A stretch of 63,819 nucleotides of DNA, the filler included, from Aduncisulcus paluster (Eukaryota): the NCBI GenBank assembly GCA_024181965.1. It is 8 parts of 8 records of this genome, joined end to end, with 100 filler letters (N's around TTAATTAATTAA, not from the genome) between each part and the next. Parts side by side here need not be neighbours in the genome. Positions count along the whole stretch, not along the records: positions 59,024 to 63,819 come from BQXS01011225.1; 7 more parts are not named here. One strand, 5' to 3'. Numbering within the stretch: position 1 is the stretch's first letter; each line of letters starts with the position of its first letter. A model generated the notes under the pieces. The model did no database searches, was not told where the DNA came from, and was given only the letters and a program-made list of their open reading frames with translations. Shown here piece after piece: positions 61,561 to 63,819 of this stretch. A program made the position numbers and the translations under genes.

Positions 61561-63819
61561 ATGATTTTTGAATCAATTTCAGATGAATTGGAAGCTACAA
61601 TTTCAAAATGTTTGTTAGATCCTGAAGGGCAGTCTAAATTAACTTATGAGCATAATAATCTTATTGAAAATTGTGGAAAAGTTGTTCATAGTCTTGGAAT
61701 GATTCTATTATCAGCCTCTCAAGACAATCGACCAAATTTCCCCGATCACCCATTAGACTGGTTGTCTGAACAAAAAGAATCGTTTGCATATGATAAAACC
61801 AGCCATAGAATTCATATTTCCCGGTATATTTCTGAAGATACCTATAGAATGGATGTGGATTGTTCCGATGGTTTGTTTAATTGTACGATATCTATTTCGA
61901 ATGCTGCTTATTATTTCGTGAAGATTATTCGGTCATTAAAAAAGCTTTCAACATTTATTTCTTCATCTCTTAGGCTAAAAATGCATTTATCTCTTCAATC
62001 AGTAATCACCCTTCTCACGAAGAAATCTGTCTTTCCTTTCCCAATAACTCATGCAAGACACGTTTGTTGTAATTGTGGAACCATAGGTGGCTGTGTATGT
62101 GCTGCTCATTTGCATTGGACCCTTGAGAATGAGCTCTTTGAATCAGAATACTCTCCTGCGAAGAAAAAGATGAAAGGAGATGAAGAAGAGAAACAAGAAG
62201 CCGATAGACAATTGAGATTATTGCTTGCTACTGAAGAAAAACTTAAAACTATGGAATATGTCGATTTTTCTTTATTTCAATCATACTCGAAAGAATGCCG
62301 GATAAAACGGAAAGATAAGAAGAAATGTAAAGAATCCGGATCATCACGTGGGGGATTATCCCCTCGAAATGCAGAAACAGTTGATCCTACCTTTATCCAA
62401 GCCGTTTCTGCCCCAGAACCCCATGAATCCTCACCAAAAGAAGGACTTGAGCATGGATCTGATGTAATATCGGAGAATGAGCAAGATGACAAGAAGGAAT
62501 TGTCAGGATCGTCCAAGGTTGCTGACATATCCTCCACTTCTTCTTCTACGACCCCCAAATATCTCCCCTCTCCCCCAACTCCTTCCACTCTGCTCTCTCT
62601 CTTCTCTCCCTTCCTCTTCTCCTCGATAACATTCTCTCTGTCATCACCTCATGACATTAGTGCGGCAAGATGTGCTGGTTTGTCCCTCATGCAACTCTCT
62701 TCTCTGCTGATTCACTGTGAAAAAGCTGTTCATGAAAAAGTGGAACCTAAAATCATATCAATTATTTTGCAATGTTTGACACATCCCCTGAAGATTCTTG
62801 TGGCTGCCACGCTATACGTCCTCCCAGATCTCATTCCTTATCTTCCTTCCTTCTTGACAAATCCTCTTTGTGTACACAAATGTGTCAATACATGCATTAA
62901 GGTGCTGGCTCTTTGTGAACAGCGTGGGGCAATTGGAGAGCTCACATCGTCTATGGTTGTGGCTCAAGTCGTTCATTTGTGCGCCATTATGATGCCTCAC
63001 ATGCGCAGACAGGCCTCAGAGTGGAGAAAGAAGAGAGATCAACGCCGTAACTCATCGCGAGGCCAATCTAACCATCCTTTGGCCTCTCTCTCCTCCTCTC
63101 TCTCTTCCCCTGCCCTCACTAAGAGTGTTCTCAATCTCAATTCTGTTCTTGGATCTCCGTCGAACTCTTTCCTCTACTTATCTTCCAAGGAACTTCTCGG
63201 CGCTCTTTCTTCCTCATCGTCCAGTCTCATGGTTGCATCATTATCTTCCTCTGCATCCTCTTCTAGTGTGTCTTCTATTGGTTTAGAGCAACCACAGGCA
63301 ACCACAGGAGTCCACCATGCTTCAAAAAGGGCCATTTCTCATGATCAACAAGACGAAATCTCTGAACAGATTGTCTCCACTGGAGTTGTTGATCCTTCTC
63401 CATACGCCCTCTCTTCGTTCTTCTCTGACTGTGCTTCCCAACTCCTTATCTCCTTGTCGACTCTCATCTCTTCTCCTTCTCCACACGACCATTCTCTTCC
63501 CTCTCTCTCGCATCTCTGCTCTGTGTCAAGCTCCATTCCTCGATTGACTGACACTGAAAGGGAGGGTATCAGGGCCAGAGCTGAGGGTGAGGGTGTCTGG
63601 GTGTGCGTCGAGGATATGTGTGCTTGGGAGGATACCGATGCCATTCGAGAGAGGTCAACACCCACCCAGGATTTGGAGGAAGGTGCAGGCATGAACGGTG
63701 ATGGAGATCAGGTTGCGACTGCAGATAGGATTGGTGCAGTGAGTCCTGCTTCTTCATCGAGTCGTGAACATACAAGAACAAGACAAGAAGACAAGGATGA
63801 GATGGAAGAAGAGGAGGAG
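61561..63819 (+). CDS. Hypothetical protein, about 753 codons and running off the window end (absent from the ORF track)
   Basis: ATG at 61561 opens MIFESISDELEATISKCLLDPEG...; I saw no in-frame stop in the stretches read, and it ends ...DEMEEEEE. Contains a CCNC...CVC..H cluster. Confidence 0.7.
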   Translation, partial: MIFESISDELEATISKCLLDPEGQSKLTYEHNNLIENCGKVVHSLGMILLSASQDNRPNFPDHPLDWLSEQKESFAYDKTSHRIHISRYISEDTYRMDVDCSDGLFNCTISISNAAYYFVKIIRSLKKLSTFISSSLRLKMHLSLQSVITLLTKKSVFPFPITHARHVCCNCGTIGGCVCAAHLHWTLENELFESEYSPAKKKMKGDEEEKQEADRQLRLLLATEEKLKTMEYVDFSLFQSYSKECRIKRKDKKKCKESGSSRGGLSPRNAETVDPTFIQAVSAPEPHESSPKEGLEHGSDVISENEQDDKKELSGSSKVADISSTSSSTTPKYLPSPPTPSTLLSLFSPFLFSSITFSLSSPHDISAARCAGLSLMQLSSLLIHCEKAVHEKVEPKIISIILQCLTHPLKILVAATLYVLPDLIPYLPSFLTNPLCVHKCVNTCIKVLALCEQRGAIGELTSSMVVAQVVHLCAIMMPHMRRQASEWRKKRDQRRNSSRGQSNHPLASLSSSLSSPALTKSVLNLNSVLGSPSNSFLYLSSKELLGALSSSSSSLMVASLSSSASSSSVSSIGLEQPQATTGVHHASKRAISHDQQDEISEQIVSTGVVDPSPYALSSFFSDCASQLLISLSTLISSPSPHDHSLPSLSHLCSVSSSIPRLTDTEREGIRARAEGEGVWVCVEDMCAWEDTDAIRERSTPTQDLEEGAGMNGDGDQVATADRIGAVSPASSSSREHTRTRQEDKDEMEEEEE

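Overview
Eukaryotic protist DNA: AT-rich, standard genetic code, gene-dense, with few short GT-AG introns. The style recalls a fornicate such as Aduncisulcus paluster, but that is my recollection and is not checked. The window is not one locus. It is 8 contigs or scaffolds joined by artificial 100-nt spacers (N44-TTAATTAATTAA-N44), so nothing can be inferred from adjacency across spacers. Seven internal 20-N gaps are each flanked by a duplicated overlap (assembly artefact) and split several genes. Recognisable genes: SMI1/KNR4 (SUKH) protein, double LCAT-like lipase, OTU fragment, DNase II, DDX47/RRP3, BPI/LBP-like protein, OSBP, DIM1, CCDC40-like, EGF membrane protein, NSF, degenerate HELQ/POLQ-like helicase and poly(A) polymerase. 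Main candidate for an undescribed system: an expanded family of ~170-aa beta-rich domains (12 domain copies at 4 loci) with a conserved scaffold and four hypervariable patches. It occurs as free two-domain genes and as a six-domain array fused to a protein kinase, built from phase-0 exons separated by near-identical 148-nt introns. Also notable: a strongly over-represented 12-mer TCTAAAAATAGA, often as 15-bp-period pairs and even inside CDSs, and a contig bounded by perfect 636-bp inverted repeats that each start one of two convergent paralogous membrane-protein genes.
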